Assembly (NCBI GenBank): GCA_036351735.1
Contig: JAZBPR010000027.1
Location: 39,073 to 103,072 of the forward strand
Source of the DNA: Wenzhouxiangella sp.
GTDB lineage: Bacteria > Pseudomonadota > Gammaproteobacteria > Xanthomonadales > Wenzhouxiangellaceae
DNA length: 64,000 nucleotides
Reading direction: 5' to 3'
A program made the translations under genes and the position numbers. The notes under the pieces are model-generated. The model saw only the letters and a list, made by a program, of their open reading frames with translations, made no database searches and was not told where the DNA came from. Shown here piece by piece: positions 40,035 through 50,316 of this stretch (positions are counted from its first letter, which is position 1; every line of letters begins with the position of its first letter).

Positions 40035-41480
40035 ATGACTCAAACCCCACTCCACAGTGCCGCTTCAACCGGCCATCGCCGGCGATGGCGACCGCGTTGG
40101 CCCGGGCCCGAGCGAATGTTGCTCGCGGCACTGATCGCCTTGTTTGCGGTCTCGGGTGACAGTGGGCTGGACGCAATCGAGCAGGCCAAGGCCCGAGGCG
40201 TGCTGGTCATGTTGACACTCAACGGCGCAAGCACCTACTACATCGGGACCGATGGAGAGACCGGATTTGAGTATGACCTCGCCCAGGCTTTTGCCGATCA
40301 CGTCGGCGTCCCTCTGGAAGTGATTGCGGTTGATGCGATCGGAGATCTGATTCCGGCCCTGGAAGCCGGTCGGGGCGATTTCATTGCCGCCAACCTCAGC
40401 CGCACCCCCAACCGGATGTCCAGACTTCGCTTCGGACCAAGCTACAAGACCATCCGGCCCGTTGTCGTTTATCGGCGAGGCAGCCGAAAGCCTGATGACT
40501 TGAGCGACTTGAGCGACGGTGACCTAGTCATACCGGCCGGCACCAGTTACGCCGGTTGGCTCAGGCGGAATCATCCCGAACTGGACTGGACCGAAGACTC
40601 CGAGGCCAGTGTAGAGGACCTGCTCGATGCCGTCAGCGACGAAACCATTAGCTATACCATTCTCGATTCCAACATCTTTGAACTGAACCGGCGCTATTTC
40701 CCGGCGGTGCGCAAGGCCTTCGACCTGCCGGTCAGCCATAATCTGGCATGGGCGATTCCCCGCAAGAACGATGACACGCTGGTTCAGCAGATGCGCGAGT
40801 TCTTCCATCAGGCCGAGGGCAACGGTGCATTGGCCGAACTCCGGCAGCGACACTATGACCATCTGGACAATTACGAGCCCGTTGGGACTTTCACCTTCAT
40901 GCGCCAGATCCGGGATCGGCTCCCGCAATTGCGTCCCTGGTTCGAGCAGGCCGCGCGAGAAACCGGGCTGGACTGGCGCTTGCTCGCTGCCGTGGGCTAT
41001 CAGGAGTCCCATTGGGATCCGGAGGCCACCTCGCGCACCGGAGTTCGGGGCGTGATGATGCTCACCCGGAGAACCGCCCGCCAACTCGGTGTGGAGGACC
41101 GGCTTGATCCAGCCCAAAGCATTGACGGGGGCGCTCGCTACCTGGTGTCCATGATCGACCGCATACCCGATCGAATCGAATTTCCGGATCGCTTGTGGCT
41201 GGCTCTGGCGGCCTACAACATCGGCTTCGGTCATCTTGAGGATGCACGCGTTCTGACCGAACGCCGCGGCGGCAACCCCGACAACTGGCTCGACGTGCGC
41301 GACAACTTGCCCTTATTAACTCAGGAGCGCTGGTACCAACAAACGCGTTTCGGCTATGCGCGTGGGTATGAGCCGGTTCATTTCGTTGAGAATGTAAGAA
41401 CGTTCTTTGAAATTCTCTCTTGGATGGAGGGTCGAAACCACCCTTTACTGGTTGACAGCAGCCGCCAGGCCGAAACCTGA
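40035..41480 (+). CDS. mltF: Membrane-bound lytic murein transglycosylase F
   Basis: SBP_bac_3-like N-terminus (GFEYDLA), SLT domain YQESHW, GVMMLT, ALAAYNIG and YGYARG-like motif. Confidence 0.9.
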   Translation: MTQTPLHSAASTGHRRRWRPRWPGPERMLLAALIALFAVSGDSGLDAIEQAKARGVLVMLTLNGASTYYIGTDGETGFEYDLAQAFADHVGVPLEVIAVDAIGDLIPALEAGRGDFIAANLSRTPNRMSRLRFGPSYKTIRPVVVYRRGSRKPDDLSDLSDGDLVIPAGTSYAGWLRRNHPELDWTEDSEASVEDLLDAVSDETISYTILDSNIFELNRRYFPAVRKAFDLPVSHNLAWAIPRKNDDTLVQQMREFFHQAEGNGALAELRQRHYDHLDNYEPVGTFTFMRQIRDRLPQLRPWFEQAARETGLDWRLLAAVGYQESHWDPEATSRTGVRGVMMLTRRTARQLGVEDRLDPAQSIDGGARYLVSMIDRIPDRIEFPDRLWLALAAYNIGFGHLEDARVLTERRGGNPDNWLDVRDNLPLLTQERWYQQTRFGYARGYEPVHFVENVRTFFEILSWMEGRNHPLLVDSSRQAET

Positions 41481-41483
41481 GCA

Positions 41484-42212
41484 TTACTGGCCGGAATTGC
41501 CGCCCAATCGGTCCAGCCACAGGCAATGACCGGCGCTTTCAGCAATCGCCCGTAGTCTCGTTTGGTGTTCTTCCATCTCTTGCGTGTTGACCCTGACAGC
41601 CGCAAGGCGGCTTAGATCAATGCTTTGCTCCCGGCCATGCTCCGTAACCGCGACCGCTGGCCGCTGATCGATTTCCAAACCGAGCGAGACCTGGCCGCCA
41701 GTCATGGCCAAATACACTTCAGCCAGCAACTCGGCATCCAGCAAGGCCCCATGCAGATCGCGCCTGGAGTTGTCGATTTCGTAGCGCTTACACAAAGCGT
41801 CCAGACTCACCCGCTGACCTGGATGCAACTCGCGGGCAAGCACCACGGTATCCAGAATCGTCGCCACATCTGCAATCCGGACCGCCTGATCCATTCGCAG
41901 CCGAGCCAACTCAGCATCCAGGAAACCAACATCGAACGGAGCGTTGTGGATGATGAGTTCAGCGCCTTCGATGAAAGAGAGAAACTCATCGGCAACATCG
42001 CCAAAACGCGGTTTATCGGCCAGAAATTCATCAGTAATGCCGTGCACCTGCAGCGCACCTCCCTCGACCGCTCGATCCGGATTCAGGTAGACGTGATAGT
42101 GCCTGTCCGTGATCCTGCGGTCATTGATCTCAAGACAGCCGATCTCAATAATCCGGTGACCATCACTGTGCTCCAGACCTGTGGTCTCGGTATCAAGGAC
42201 AATCTGACGCAT
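41484..42212 (-). CDS. dnaQ: DNA polymerase III epsilon subunit
   Basis: VLDTETTG, HRIIEIG, HNAPFD and HGALLDAELLAEVY. Confidence 0.96.
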   Translation of the reverse strand: MRQIVLDTETTGLEHSDGHRIIEIGCLEINDRRITDRHYHVYLNPDRAVEGGALQVHGITDEFLADKPRFGDVADEFLSFIEGAELIIHNAPFDVGFLDAELARLRMDQAVRIADVATILDTVVLARELHPGQRVSLDALCKRYEIDNSRRDLHGALLDAELLAEVYLAMTGGQVSLGLEIDQRPAVAVTEHGREQSIDLSRLAAVRVNTQEMEEHQTRLRAIAESAGHCLWLDRLGGNSGQ

Positions 42213-42261
42213 CAGTCTTCTTTTCCTCTAATTTGGGGTTAGCGGCCAGTCCGATTCACCA

Positions 42262-42696
42262 TCAGACCGAAGCGGCGGCCTCGGTTGCAAGTTCATCGGC
42301 ACGTTCATTCTCAGGATGCCCGCTGTGCCCCTTGACCCAGTGCCATTCCACTGAGTGCCGGGAGACGGCCTGATCGAGACGCTGCCAAAGATCAACATTC
42401 TTGACCGGTTTGCGGGCTGAGGTTTTCCAGCCGTTTCGTTTCCACTGCACCATCCACTCGGTAATCCCCTTGCGGACATACTGGGAGTCGGTCGTCAAGA
42501 CGACCTGACAAGGGCGCTTCAGAGTCTCGAGCGCCTGGATCGCGGCCATCAGTTCCATGCGGTTGTTGGTCGTTGAGCTTTCGGCACCCGACAGCTCTCG
42601 CTCGGTCCCGTTCCAGCGCAGCAGAGCCCCCCAGCCACCAGGCCCGGGATTACCCTTGCAGGCACCATCGGTCCAGATTTGAACGGGCTCAGTCAC
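42262..42696 (-). CDS. rnhA: Ribonuclease HI
   Basis: [28 protein letters not shown] and [15 protein letters not shown]. The true GTG start at 42696 overlaps the upstream stop. Confidence 0.96.
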   Translation of the reverse strand: MTEPVQIWTDGACKGNPGPGGWGALLRWNGTERELSGAESSTTNNRMELMAAIQALETLKRPCQVVLTTDSQYVRKGITEWMVQWKRNGWKTSARKPVKNVDLWQRLDQAVSRHSVEWHWVKGHSGHPENERADELATEAAASV

Positions 42697-43301
42697 GCGG
42701 CCCGACAGTGGGTAGCCGGCGTCGGCACTGCAGTCAGGCGAGGCCGCGAAAACTGAAGCGGGCGAATCCGCGCAGGCCGCGAGGGTTTTCGCGCCAGCAA
42801 GGCAAGCACAGGCGTTAACCCTGGCACCAGACCTTGCCAGACATTTCGACCGGGAGTCGCCAGACAAAGCGCATGGCGGGCATGAAGCATTTGAAACTGG
42901 GGCCAACTCGGCAACCACAGGGCACGCTGCTTCAATTCCCGCCACGCCGCGGGATGCCAGGGATTCGCGGATATGGAGACCAGCCAACCGCCGGGCTTTA
43001 GGATTCGCAGGGCCTCTGTCAGCAGATCGCAGGGTCTCTCGGGCTGCCAGGCATGGCGAAGAATCATGGCCGGCACTGACTCATCGTCCAGCGGCATAGC
43101 GTCCAGCGGTGCCCGGAATGGCCAGCAACATCCTGCGGCGTTGAACATGATTCGCTCTCTCGGCAGGTTCAGCTCGGGAGAGGGACTGGTGGCAGGCGCG
43201 ATTTCCAGCGCCCACTCGGCCCGTTCGGCAGCCACAAGGGCGCCGATCAAGCGGCTTTCAGTAGATTGAAGCGCGACAAAAGGCCGAGGCTTGAACGACA
43301 C
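42693..43301 (-). CDS. YafS-like class I methyltransferase-fold protein (degenerate)
   Basis: Position between gloB and rnhA, with [15 protein letters not shown] and ANPW motifs. No clear GxG SAM loop. Confidence 0.6.
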   Translation of the reverse strand: MSFKPRPFVALQSTESRLIGALVAAERAEWALEIAPATSPSPELNLPRERIMFNAAGCCWPFRAPLDAMPLDDESVPAMILRHAWQPERPCDLLTEALRILKPGGWLVSISANPWHPAAWRELKQRALWLPSWPQFQMLHARHALCLATPGRNVWQGLVPGLTPVLALLARKPSRPARIRPLQFSRPRLTAVPTPATHCRAA

Positions 43302-43351
43302 GGTAGGATGTCCTGAACAATCGTTGGGAAGAATACCAGAAGGAAATCCAA

Positions 43352-44119
43352 ATGCCCCTGCAGATTGACCCCATACCTGCTTTCGAGACCAACTATATCT
43401 GGGCGATTCACAATGGCCGTGACTGCGCTCTCGTCGACCCAGGCAGCGCCGCGGAAGCGCTGGCGTTTCTCGGCCAAAACGATCTAGACCTGTGCGCGAT
43501 CCTGCTGACCCATCATCATGCCGACCACATTGGCGGCGTCGACGAAATACTGGCGCACAAGAATGCCCTGATCTGGGGTCCGGATGATCAACGCATCCCC
43601 AGGGTGGATCGACGGGTTGCCGAGGGGGATTCGGTCACTGTGCCCGAACTTGATCTGAAACTCACCGTTCTCGAGACGCCCGGCCACACCTCTAGCCATA
43701 TCGTCTACTTCAACGATGATCTGCTTTTGGCGGGAGACACCCTCTTTTCCGCGGGTTGCGGGCGCTTGTTCGAAGGCAGCGCCGAGCAGATGCAGTCCTC
43801 GCTCGACAAGCTTTCGAAAGTGCCAGGTGACGCCGAGGTCTATTGCGCGCACGAGTACACGGAAGATAACTGTCGCTTTGCGCTTGCCGTGGAACCGGAT
43901 AACTCTGATCTTCAGGCTTGGGCGAGAGAAGTGCGCCGACGAAGAGCTGCCGGGCAGATCACGTTGCCCACCCGGCTGGATCATGAGCGAGGAACCAATC
44001 CCTTTCTGCGCACCCGCGAAGCGGCTGTCGTCGCGGCAGCCAAACGGCATGATTCCGGCTGTGACGGGCAGCCGGCCGAAGTCTTGGCGACCATTCGCCG
44101 CTGGAAGGATCATTTCTGA
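43352..44119 (+). CDS. gloB: Hydroxyacylglutathione hydrolase (glyoxalase II)
   Basis: THHHADHIGG, TPGHT, GDTLFSAGCGR, CAHEYT and TNPFLR. Confidence 0.95.
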   Translation: MPLQIDPIPAFETNYIWAIHNGRDCALVDPGSAAEALAFLGQNDLDLCAILLTHHHADHIGGVDEILAHKNALIWGPDDQRIPRVDRRVAEGDSVTVPELDLKLTVLETPGHTSSHIVYFNDDLLLAGDTLFSAGCGRLFEGSAEQMQSSLDKLSKVPGDAEVYCAHEYTEDNCRFALAVEPDNSDLQAWAREVRRRRAAGQITLPTRLDHERGTNPFLRTREAAVVAAAKRHDSGCDGQPAEVLATIRRWKDHF

Positions 44120-44149
44120 GGCGTCGACCGCGCTTCAAAACCCATCGGG

Positions 44150-44174
44150 TATACTATATCGCTCAATCGCGATA
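44150..44174 (+). promoter_or_regulatory. -10 box TATACT followed by the palindromic operator TATCGC-N6-GCGATA
   Basis: TATACT at 44150-44155. Perfect 6-bp inverted repeat at 44157-44174, directly before the regulator RBS. Confidence 0.65.
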
Positions 44175-44187
44175 GAAGGATAAGCTC

Positions 44188-45117
44188 ATCAATCTTGAGC
44201 TGATCAACCGGCACTGCACCCTGCTTGCCGACGCCACCCGCCTGCGCCTCCTCGCCCTCCTGGAGCGAGAGGAACTCACGGTTGCCGAACTTGCTGAGGC
44301 AACTCGGCTGGCACAACCGCGGGTCTCGACTCATCTGGCCAGACTGCGGGAAGCCGGCCTGGTTGCCGACCGCCGTGACGGGGTCTCCGTCTATTACCGA
44401 ATTACTGCTATCGACGATCAACCCGAACTTCATCGCCTCTGGCAACTGTTCCGGACAAACCTGGATGACGCGCTGATCGCCGAGGATGCCGAGCGCTTGC
44501 CCGATGTGCTGCTACAACGAGCCAGTGGTCGTAACTGGGCAGACGCGGTGGCAGGCGACATGGAGCGACGTTACTCACCAGGCAGAAGCTGGGAGGCAAC
44601 CGCGCGCGCGATGGTTCAACTGCTCTCACCGGGCCGAGTCCTGGACATTGCATCAGGCGATGGTGTCATGGGCGAGCTGCTTGCAGGTCGTGCCGAGCGG
44701 ATTGACTGCATCGACATCTCGGAAAAGGTGGTCAACGCGGGACGCGCACGGGTCGGCGAGCTTGCCCACGTGCACTTCCATCATGCCGACATGCATGCCT
44801 TGCCGTTTGAAGATGCAGTTTTTGACACGGTGCTGATGCTTCATGCCCTGACCTACAGTGACAATCCAGACACGGTATTCGCCGAAGCTGCCCGCGTCCT
44901 GAAGCCGCAGGGAACCCTGCTGGTGGCGACCTTGCACCGACACCGCTACGCCGATCAGGTCCGCGCCTACGGCCACGTCAACACCGGCTTTCGACCGCCA
45001 CAGCTGCGAGGCTTTGCCGCCGGTGCAAACCTGCAAGTCCGCTTCTGTGATGTCACTTCCATCGAGCGCCGACCTCCACATTTCAAGATCATCACATTAC
45101 TGGCTGACAAATCATGA
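44188..45117 (+). CDS. ArsR-HTH + SAM-methyltransferase-fold regulator (SahR/SamR-like), apparent ATC start
   Basis: Frame is open from the stop at 44173-44175: [47 protein letters not shown] (ArsR HTH), then VLDIASGDG (SAM motif). The ORF track gives only the part from 44497. Confidence 0.85.
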   Translation: MNLELINRHCTLLADATRLRLLALLEREELTVAELAEATRLAQPRVSTHLARLREAGLVADRRDGVSVYYRITAIDDQPELHRLWQLFRTNLDDALIAEDAERLPDVLLQRASGRNWADAVAGDMERRYSPGRSWEATARAMVQLLSPGRVLDIASGDGVMGELLAGRAERIDCIDISEKVVNAGRARVGELAHVHFHHADMHALPFEDAVFDTVLMLHALTYSDNPDTVFAEAARVLKPQGTLLVATLHRHRYADQVRAYGHVNTGFRPPQLRGFAAGANLQVRFCDVTSIERRPPHFKIITLLADKS

Positions 45118-46151
45118 CTCTGCCCTGGCACAACCCCGAACGCGTCAATCAACTGGAAATGGCGCTGAAAGACCGCATTCTGCTTCTTGACGGTGCCATG
45201 GGCACGATGATCCAGAATGCCGGACTGACAGAAGCCGACTATCGCGGCCAACGCTTCACCAAGCACTCCCATGATCTGAAGGGGAACAATGATCTTCTCG
45301 TCCTCACCCGGCCCGAGCTGATTCGTCAAATCCATCGTCAATTTCTGGAGGCCGGCTGTGACTTTGTCGAAACCAATACCTTCAATGCCAACCGCATCAG
45401 TCAGGCTGACTACGCGCTGGAAGACCTGTCGGAGGAATTGAACCGGGAGGCCGCTGCGCTTGCCTGTGAAGTGTGCCAAAGCGTCGAACGGGAGACGCCG
45501 GACCGCCCGCGGTTCGTTGTTGGCGTACTCGGCCCCACCAACCGAACGGCTTCGATCTCACCGGATGTTTCAAACCCGGGCTATCGCGCCGTCACCTTCG
45601 ATGATCTGGTGGCCGCCTACCGCGAAGCAACTCGCGGAATGCTTGATGGCGGCGCAGACCTGATCATGATCGAGACCATTTTTGACACGCTGAACGCCAA
45701 GGCCGCAATCTTTGCTGTTGATGAGGAGTTTCAGTCCCGCCAGCAATCCTGGCCGCTGATGATTTCTGGCACGATCACCGACGCTAGCGGCCGCACCCTT
45801 TCGGGACAGACGCCCGAAGCCTTTTTCTATTCGGTCGCCCACGCCCGCCCCTTCTCTGTTGGCTTTAACTGCGCGCTGGGTGCAGACCAACTCCAGCCGC
45901 ACGTTCGAGCCCTGAGCCGGATCGCCCAGACCCGCGTGAGTGCACACCCTAACGCCGGACTACCGAACGAGTTTGGAGAATACGATGAAAGCCCCGAAGC
46001 CATGGCCAGGGTGATCGCAGGCTACGTCAAAGAAGGTCTGGTCAACATTATTGGCGGCTGCTGTGGCACAACGCCTGAACATCTGGCGGCCATCGCTGAG
46101 GTTGTTGGTTCGGCCAGACCAAGATCCTGGCAACAGACAGAGGCCGCTTGA
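45114..46151 (+). CDS. metH: Methionine synthase, homocysteine-binding N-terminal subunit (split MetH)
   Basis: [39 protein letters not shown] and [10 protein letters not shown]. Confidence 0.93.
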   Translation: MTLPWHNPERVNQLEMALKDRILLLDGAMGTMIQNAGLTEADYRGQRFTKHSHDLKGNNDLLVLTRPELIRQIHRQFLEAGCDFVETNTFNANRISQADYALEDLSEELNREAAALACEVCQSVERETPDRPRFVVGVLGPTNRTASISPDVSNPGYRAVTFDDLVAAYREATRGMLDGGADLIMIETIFDTLNAKAAIFAVDEEFQSRQQSWPLMISGTITDASGRTLSGQTPEAFFYSVAHARPFSVGFNCALGADQLQPHVRALSRIAQTRVSAHPNAGLPNEFGEYDESPEAMARVIAGYVKEGLVNIIGGCCGTTPEHLAAIAEVVGSARPRSWQQTEAA

Positions 46152-46152
46152 A

Positions 46153-48822
46153 ATGAGCACCTCAGGGCCAAATCGCTACACACGACTCAGCGGACTCGAA
46201 CCGCTGGTCATCACACCCGAACTTGGCTTCGTCAACGTTGGGGAGCGCACCAATGTCACCGGCTCGGCGCGCTTCAAGCGCCTGATCCTTGAAGAACGCT
46301 ACGACGAGGCAATCGAAGTCGCGCTACAGCAGGTTGAAAACGGCGCGCAGATTATCGATGTCAACATGGACGAAGGCCTGCTTGACGCCGAGCAGGCCAT
46401 GGTCACTTTTCTGAACCTCATAGCCGCCGAGCCCGACATCGCGCGCGTGCCGGTCATGATCGACTCATCGAAGTTCAGCGTGATCGAAGCCGGTCTGAAA
46501 TGCCTGCAGGGCAAGGGCATTGTCAACTCAATCAGCCTGAAAGAGGGCGAAGCCGAGTTTCTTGAGCAGGCCCAGCGAGTCCGTCGCTACGGCGCTGCTG
46601 TCATCGTCATGGCGTTTGATGAACAGGGGCAGGCCGACAACGCCGAGCGCATGCTGGAGTGCCTCTCGCGGGCCTATCGCCTGCTGACTGAACGGGCCGG
46701 CTTCCCGCCTGAGGACATCATCTTCGACCCAAACATCTTCCCGGTGGCGACTGGTATCGAAGAGCACGACAACTACTCGGTGGAATTCATCACCGCTGCA
46801 GCAGAGCTGAAAAAGCGATTCCCTTACAGCCACGTCTCGGGTGGTGTCTCCAATATGTCATTTTCCTTCCGCGGAAACGACGTGGTTCGCGAGGCCATGC
46901 ACTCTGTCTTCCTTTACCACGCGACCCGGGCAGGCATGGATATGGGCATCGTCAATGCCGGCCAGCTCGCGGTTTACGATGACATCGACCCAGAACTGCG
47001 GGAACTCGTTGAAGACGTTGTTCTCAACCGGCGAAGCGACGCGACCGAGCGTCTGCTCGAGGCCGCCGAAAAATTCAAGGGTGAGGGAAGGCGGGAAGAA
47101 AAAGACGAAGCCTGGCGCGACAAGCCAGTGGCGGAGCGTCTGAAGTATGCGCTGGTCAAGGGCATAGACAAGCACGTCATTGAGGATACCGAAGAGGCCC
47201 GGCAGGCGCATGCCAGTTCCCTCGAAGTCATCGAAGGACCGCTGATGGACGGCATGAACTACGTGGGCGACCTGTTCGGTGACGGCCGGATGTTCCTGCC
47301 GCAGGTGGTCAAGTCAGCCAGGGTCATGAAGAAGGCCGTGGCCCATCTGGTGCCCTATCTCGAAGCCGAAAAGAAAGTCGGCGAAAAGAAGGGCAAGATC
47401 CTGATGGCAACAGTCAAGGGCGACGTTCACGATATCGGCAAGAACATCGTTGGCGTCGTGCTGGCCTGCAATGGTTTCGACATCGTCGATCTTGGCGTCA
47501 TGGTGCCGGCAGAAAAGATTCTCGCGGCAGCCAAAGAACATGAGGTCGACGTCATTGGACTGTCCGGGCTGATTACACCCTCGCTCGACGAGATGGTCAG
47601 CGTGGCCGAAGACATGACCAGAGAGGGCTTTGAAATCCCGCTGATGATTGGGGGCGCAACCACTTCCAGGGCGCACACGGCTCTGAAAATCGAGCCGTGT
47701 TATGAACACGGGGTTGTCTGGGTCAAGGATGCCTCGCGTTCAGTGGATGTCGCACGCAAACTGGCAAGTCCGAAAAACCGTCCAGACTATCTGGCTGCCA
47801 TCTCGGAAGACTATCGAAATTATCGTGACAGCGCGGCAGCCAGGCGCTCGCGCAAGCCGCTGATTAGTCTCGCACAGGCTCGGGAAAAGGCGTTACGCCT
47901 GGACTGGTCAGCGCAAAAGCCGCAAGCGCCGAAAACGACCGGGGTTCAACAAATCGACGCCTGGCCACTGGGGGATTTGGTGCGCTACATCGACTGGACA
48001 CCTTTCTTCCGGACCTGGGAGTTGGCTGGTCGCTACCCGGATATCCTCGAAGATGAAGTGGTCGGTGAAACGGCCCGATCGCTTTTCCAGGATGCGCGCA
48101 GCATGTTGGATCGTATCGTCAACGAAAAATGGCTGACCGCCAGCGCTGTGTTTGCCTTGCTGCCGGCGGCAAGTGATGGGGATGATGTCATCCTGTATGC
48201 CGATGAAAAGAGGGAGCAGATCCTCGAGCGCCTGGTCTGCTTACGTCAGCAGGCAGACAAAAGCGGGCCCAACCTTTGCCTTGCCGATTTTGTTGCCCCG
48301 ATCGAAAGTGGTGTTCCGGACTGGGCCGGCCTGTTTGCGGTCACGGCCGGCCTGGGCATTGAAGAGGCCAGCAAACAGCTGCCCGAGAACGATGACTACG
48401 CCGACATCATGCTCAAGGCATTGGCCGACCGCCTCGCCGAGGCGCTGGCTGAGGCGCTGCATGAAAAGGTTCGTCGGGACTTCTGGGGTTATGAAAAGGA
48501 TCAGGCGGTCAGCAATGACGACCTCATCGAAGAAAAATATCTCGGCATCCGACCCGCCCCCGGATACCCCGCCTGTCCCGATCACAGCGAAAAGACCAAG
48601 ATTTTTGATCTACTCGACGCTCAGGGCCGGATCGGCATGCAACTGACAGAAAACTTTGCCATGCTGCCGACCGCAGCCGTCAGCGGCTACTACTTCGGTC
48701 ATCCAGACGCGAAGTACTTTGTCGTGGGGAAACTGGGCAGTGACCAGGTTGAGGACTACACCAGGCGCAAAGGCATAGACCTATCGACGGCCGAAAAATA
48801 TCTGCGGCCGAATCTGGCTTAG
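46153..48822 (+). CDS. metH: Methionine synthase, folate/B12/reactivation subunit (split MetH)
   Basis: [40 protein letters not shown]12 motif and [17 protein letters not shown] 1 nt after the upstream stop. Confidence 0.95.
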   Translation: MSTSGPNRYTRLSGLEPLVITPELGFVNVGERTNVTGSARFKRLILEERYDEAIEVALQQVENGAQIIDVNMDEGLLDAEQAMVTFLNLIAAEPDIARVPVMIDSSKFSVIEAGLKCLQGKGIVNSISLKEGEAEFLEQAQRVRRYGAAVIVMAFDEQGQADNAERMLECLSRAYRLLTERAGFPPEDIIFDPNIFPVATGIEEHDNYSVEFITAAAELKKRFPYSHVSGGVSNMSFSFRGNDVVREAMHSVFLYHATRAGMDMGIVNAGQLAVYDDIDPELRELVEDVVLNRRSDATERLLEAAEKFKGEGRREEKDEAWRDKPVAERLKYALVKGIDKHVIEDTEEARQAHASSLEVIEGPLMDGMNYVGDLFGDGRMFLPQVVKSARVMKKAVAHLVPYLEAEKKVGEKKGKILMATVKGDVHDIGKNIVGVVLACNGFDIVDLGVMVPAEKILAAAKEHEVDVIGLSGLITPSLDEMVSVAEDMTREGFEIPLMIGGATTSRAHTALKIEPCYEHGVVWVKDASRSVDVARKLASPKNRPDYLAAISEDYRNYRDSAAARRSRKPLISLAQAREKALRLDWSAQKPQAPKTTGVQQIDAWPLGDLVRYIDWTPFFRTWELAGRYPDILEDEVVGETARSLFQDARSMLDRIVNEKWLTASAVFALLPAASDGDDVILYADEKREQILERLVCLRQQADKSGPNLCLADFVAPIESGVPDWAGLFAVTAGLGIEEASKQLPENDDYADIMLKALADRLAEALAEALHEKVRRDFWGYEKDQAVSNDDLIEEKYLGIRPAPGYPACPDHSEKTKIFDLLDAQGRIGMQLTENFAMLPTAAVSGYYFGHPDAKYFVVGKLGSDQVEDYTRRKGIDLSTAEKYLRPNLA

Positions 48823-48858
48823 CCCTTCAACACGTCAAAAGTCAGAGAGAGCGCTTAC

Positions 48859-49431
48859 TCACCAAACAAGATCGTCGGGCACGGGCGGATAATCAGATCC
48901 GTCGTCCTCCGGCTCCTTCGGAGTCAAATCGGGCACCAGGTCGGGCGCGACTTCTGCAAAGGACTTCAATGTCGCTGTAGTCACCAGAAGATAGGAACCG
49001 CGAAGCGCAACGAGCCCCAATTCTCCATCGTTGAGTTGCTGGCGCTGTTCTGGCGTGCACATCACCCGCCGAATTCGGCCCAAATGCTCGAAATACCTTG
49101 GACAGTCAGCCTCTTTGCGGTTCAGTGTATTGCCCCGAATGATTCCATCAAGCTGAAGGTTGCGCTTGCGGCGAGCCTCCTGAGCGGCAATTTTTTCCTT
49201 CTTCGCTCGTTCCTTTTCGGCCACCTCGGCTTGCTCACGAGCCTTGTAGGCTCTCGCCAGATCCGATTCAGCCGACCGTGATGGCTTGCGGTTCGATGGC
49301 CTAGGTTTGTTTCCCCGATCGGGCTTCTTCGGGCCACGCGCTTTGGCCGAAGCACCAGAGTTGCGCTTCGGCCGCGCGGGTTTCTCTTCGGCCAGCCCCG
49401 CTTTGAGCAGGGCATCCTGCAAAGATCCCAT
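48859..49431 (-). CDS. DUF2058/YaiL family protein
   Basis: MGSLQDALLKAGL N-terminus and YPPVPDDLVW C-terminus. Confidence 0.82.
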   Translation of the reverse strand: MGSLQDALLKAGLAEEKPARPKRNSGASAKARGPKKPDRGNKPRPSNRKPSRSAESDLARAYKAREQAEVAEKERAKKEKIAAQEARRKRNLQLDGIIRGNTLNRKEADCPRYFEHLGRIRRVMCTPEQRQQLNDGELGLVALRGSYLLVTTATLKSFAEVAPDLVPDLTPKEPEDDGSDYPPVPDDLVW

Positions 49432-49446
49432 CGATGTGAGAGGAGA

Positions 49447-50136
49447 TCAGTTCGCCTGAACTTCGATCAGTTCGACCTCAAAGATCAGGGTCGAATTGGG
49501 CCCGATCGGTCCGGGACGGCCCTGCTCCCCGTAAGCGAGATCAGACGGGATGAAGAACTCATAGGTCGCGCCTTCGCGCATCAGCTGCACGCCCTCAGTC
49601 CATCCCGGGATGACCTGATTCAAAGCGAAGGTTGCCGGCTCGCCGCGGGCGCGTGAGCTGTCAAACTCAGTGCCATCAATCAGCGTTCCTACGTAGTGAA
49701 CCGTTACCCGATCCGTGGCTACCGGGCTTGCACCGGTTCCTTCTTCAATGACACGGTACTGCAGGCCAGATGCGGTCTCCTGCACATCCGGGTTCTGGCG
49801 ATTCTCGGCGAGAAAGGCCTGGCCGGCTTCAAGATTTACCGCCGCTGCTGCATTGCGTTGTTCTGCCATCTCCTGCTGACGTCGCTGCATGAACGCTTCG
49901 CGCTCGGCCAGTGCCTCTTCTTGGGTCAGGAGGGTTTCTTCACCGGCATAGGAAGCGCGCAGGGCCTCCACCAGAAGATCAATATCAAGCGCCATTCCCT
50001 GCTCAGACAGCGACTGGCCAATATCCATACCAATCGTGTAGCTCAGGCGTTCTTCCGGTGTTTCCATAGCAACAGCAGCCACGGGGACGGCAATTGCAAA
50101 AGTCAGGGCAAGGGCATTTAGCGTTGGCTTGCGCAT
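49447..50136 (-). CDS. FKBP-type peptidyl-prolyl isomerase (FkpA/Mip-like)
   Basis: Signal peptide, SYTIGMDIG, ASGLQY, HYVGTLIDGTEFDSS, VIPGWTEG and LIFEVEL. Confidence 0.92.
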   Translation of the reverse strand: MRKPTLNALALTFAIAVPVAAVAMETPEERLSYTIGMDIGQSLSEQGMALDIDLLVEALRASYAGEETLLTQEEALAEREAFMQRRQQEMAEQRNAAAAVNLEAGQAFLAENRQNPDVQETASGLQYRVIEEGTGASPVATDRVTVHYVGTLIDGTEFDSSRARGEPATFALNQVIPGWTEGVQLMREGATYEFFIPSDLAYGEQGRPGPIGPNSTLIFEVELIEVQAN

Positions 50137-50255
50137 TAGCTGTAGGACTCCTTCAGGGTCGGATAAGAATTGACCGCGCATGGTAACAGATCGCCCGATA
50201 CGGCCTGCGCTTACAAATACTGACCCCGTTCAAGTCAGAAAGATGACAGAAACAC

Positions 50256-50294
50256 TTGACTCTGTCTTGGTGTGCTAGTAGAGTAACACACCAA
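50256..50294 (+). promoter_or_regulatory. Sigma70 promoter overlapped by a YtrA-type GntR operator
   Basis: TTGACT (50256) - 17 bp - TAGAGT (50279). Inverted repeat TTGGTGTG-N12-CACACCAA at 50267-50294 covers the -10. Confidence 0.75.
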
Positions 50295-50316
50295 CACGTT
50301 AACCGAGGAGACCATT

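Noticed and set aside
42262-42987. 241-aa extended RNase HI
   Set aside because: The extension overlaps the yafS-like gene in another frame. The canonical start is the GTG at 42696.
44188-45117. ArsR-methyltransferase as the missing arsM or an arsenic regulator for the arsS cluster
   Set aside because: It lacks the conserved ArsM cysteines and the ArsR As-binding Cys motif, and it is coupled to metH. A SahR/SamR role fits better.
46051-46152. metH as a frameshifted pseudogene
   Set aside because: The break falls at a domain boundary with a clean stop and restart, and both parts are intact. Split MetH is a known arrangement.
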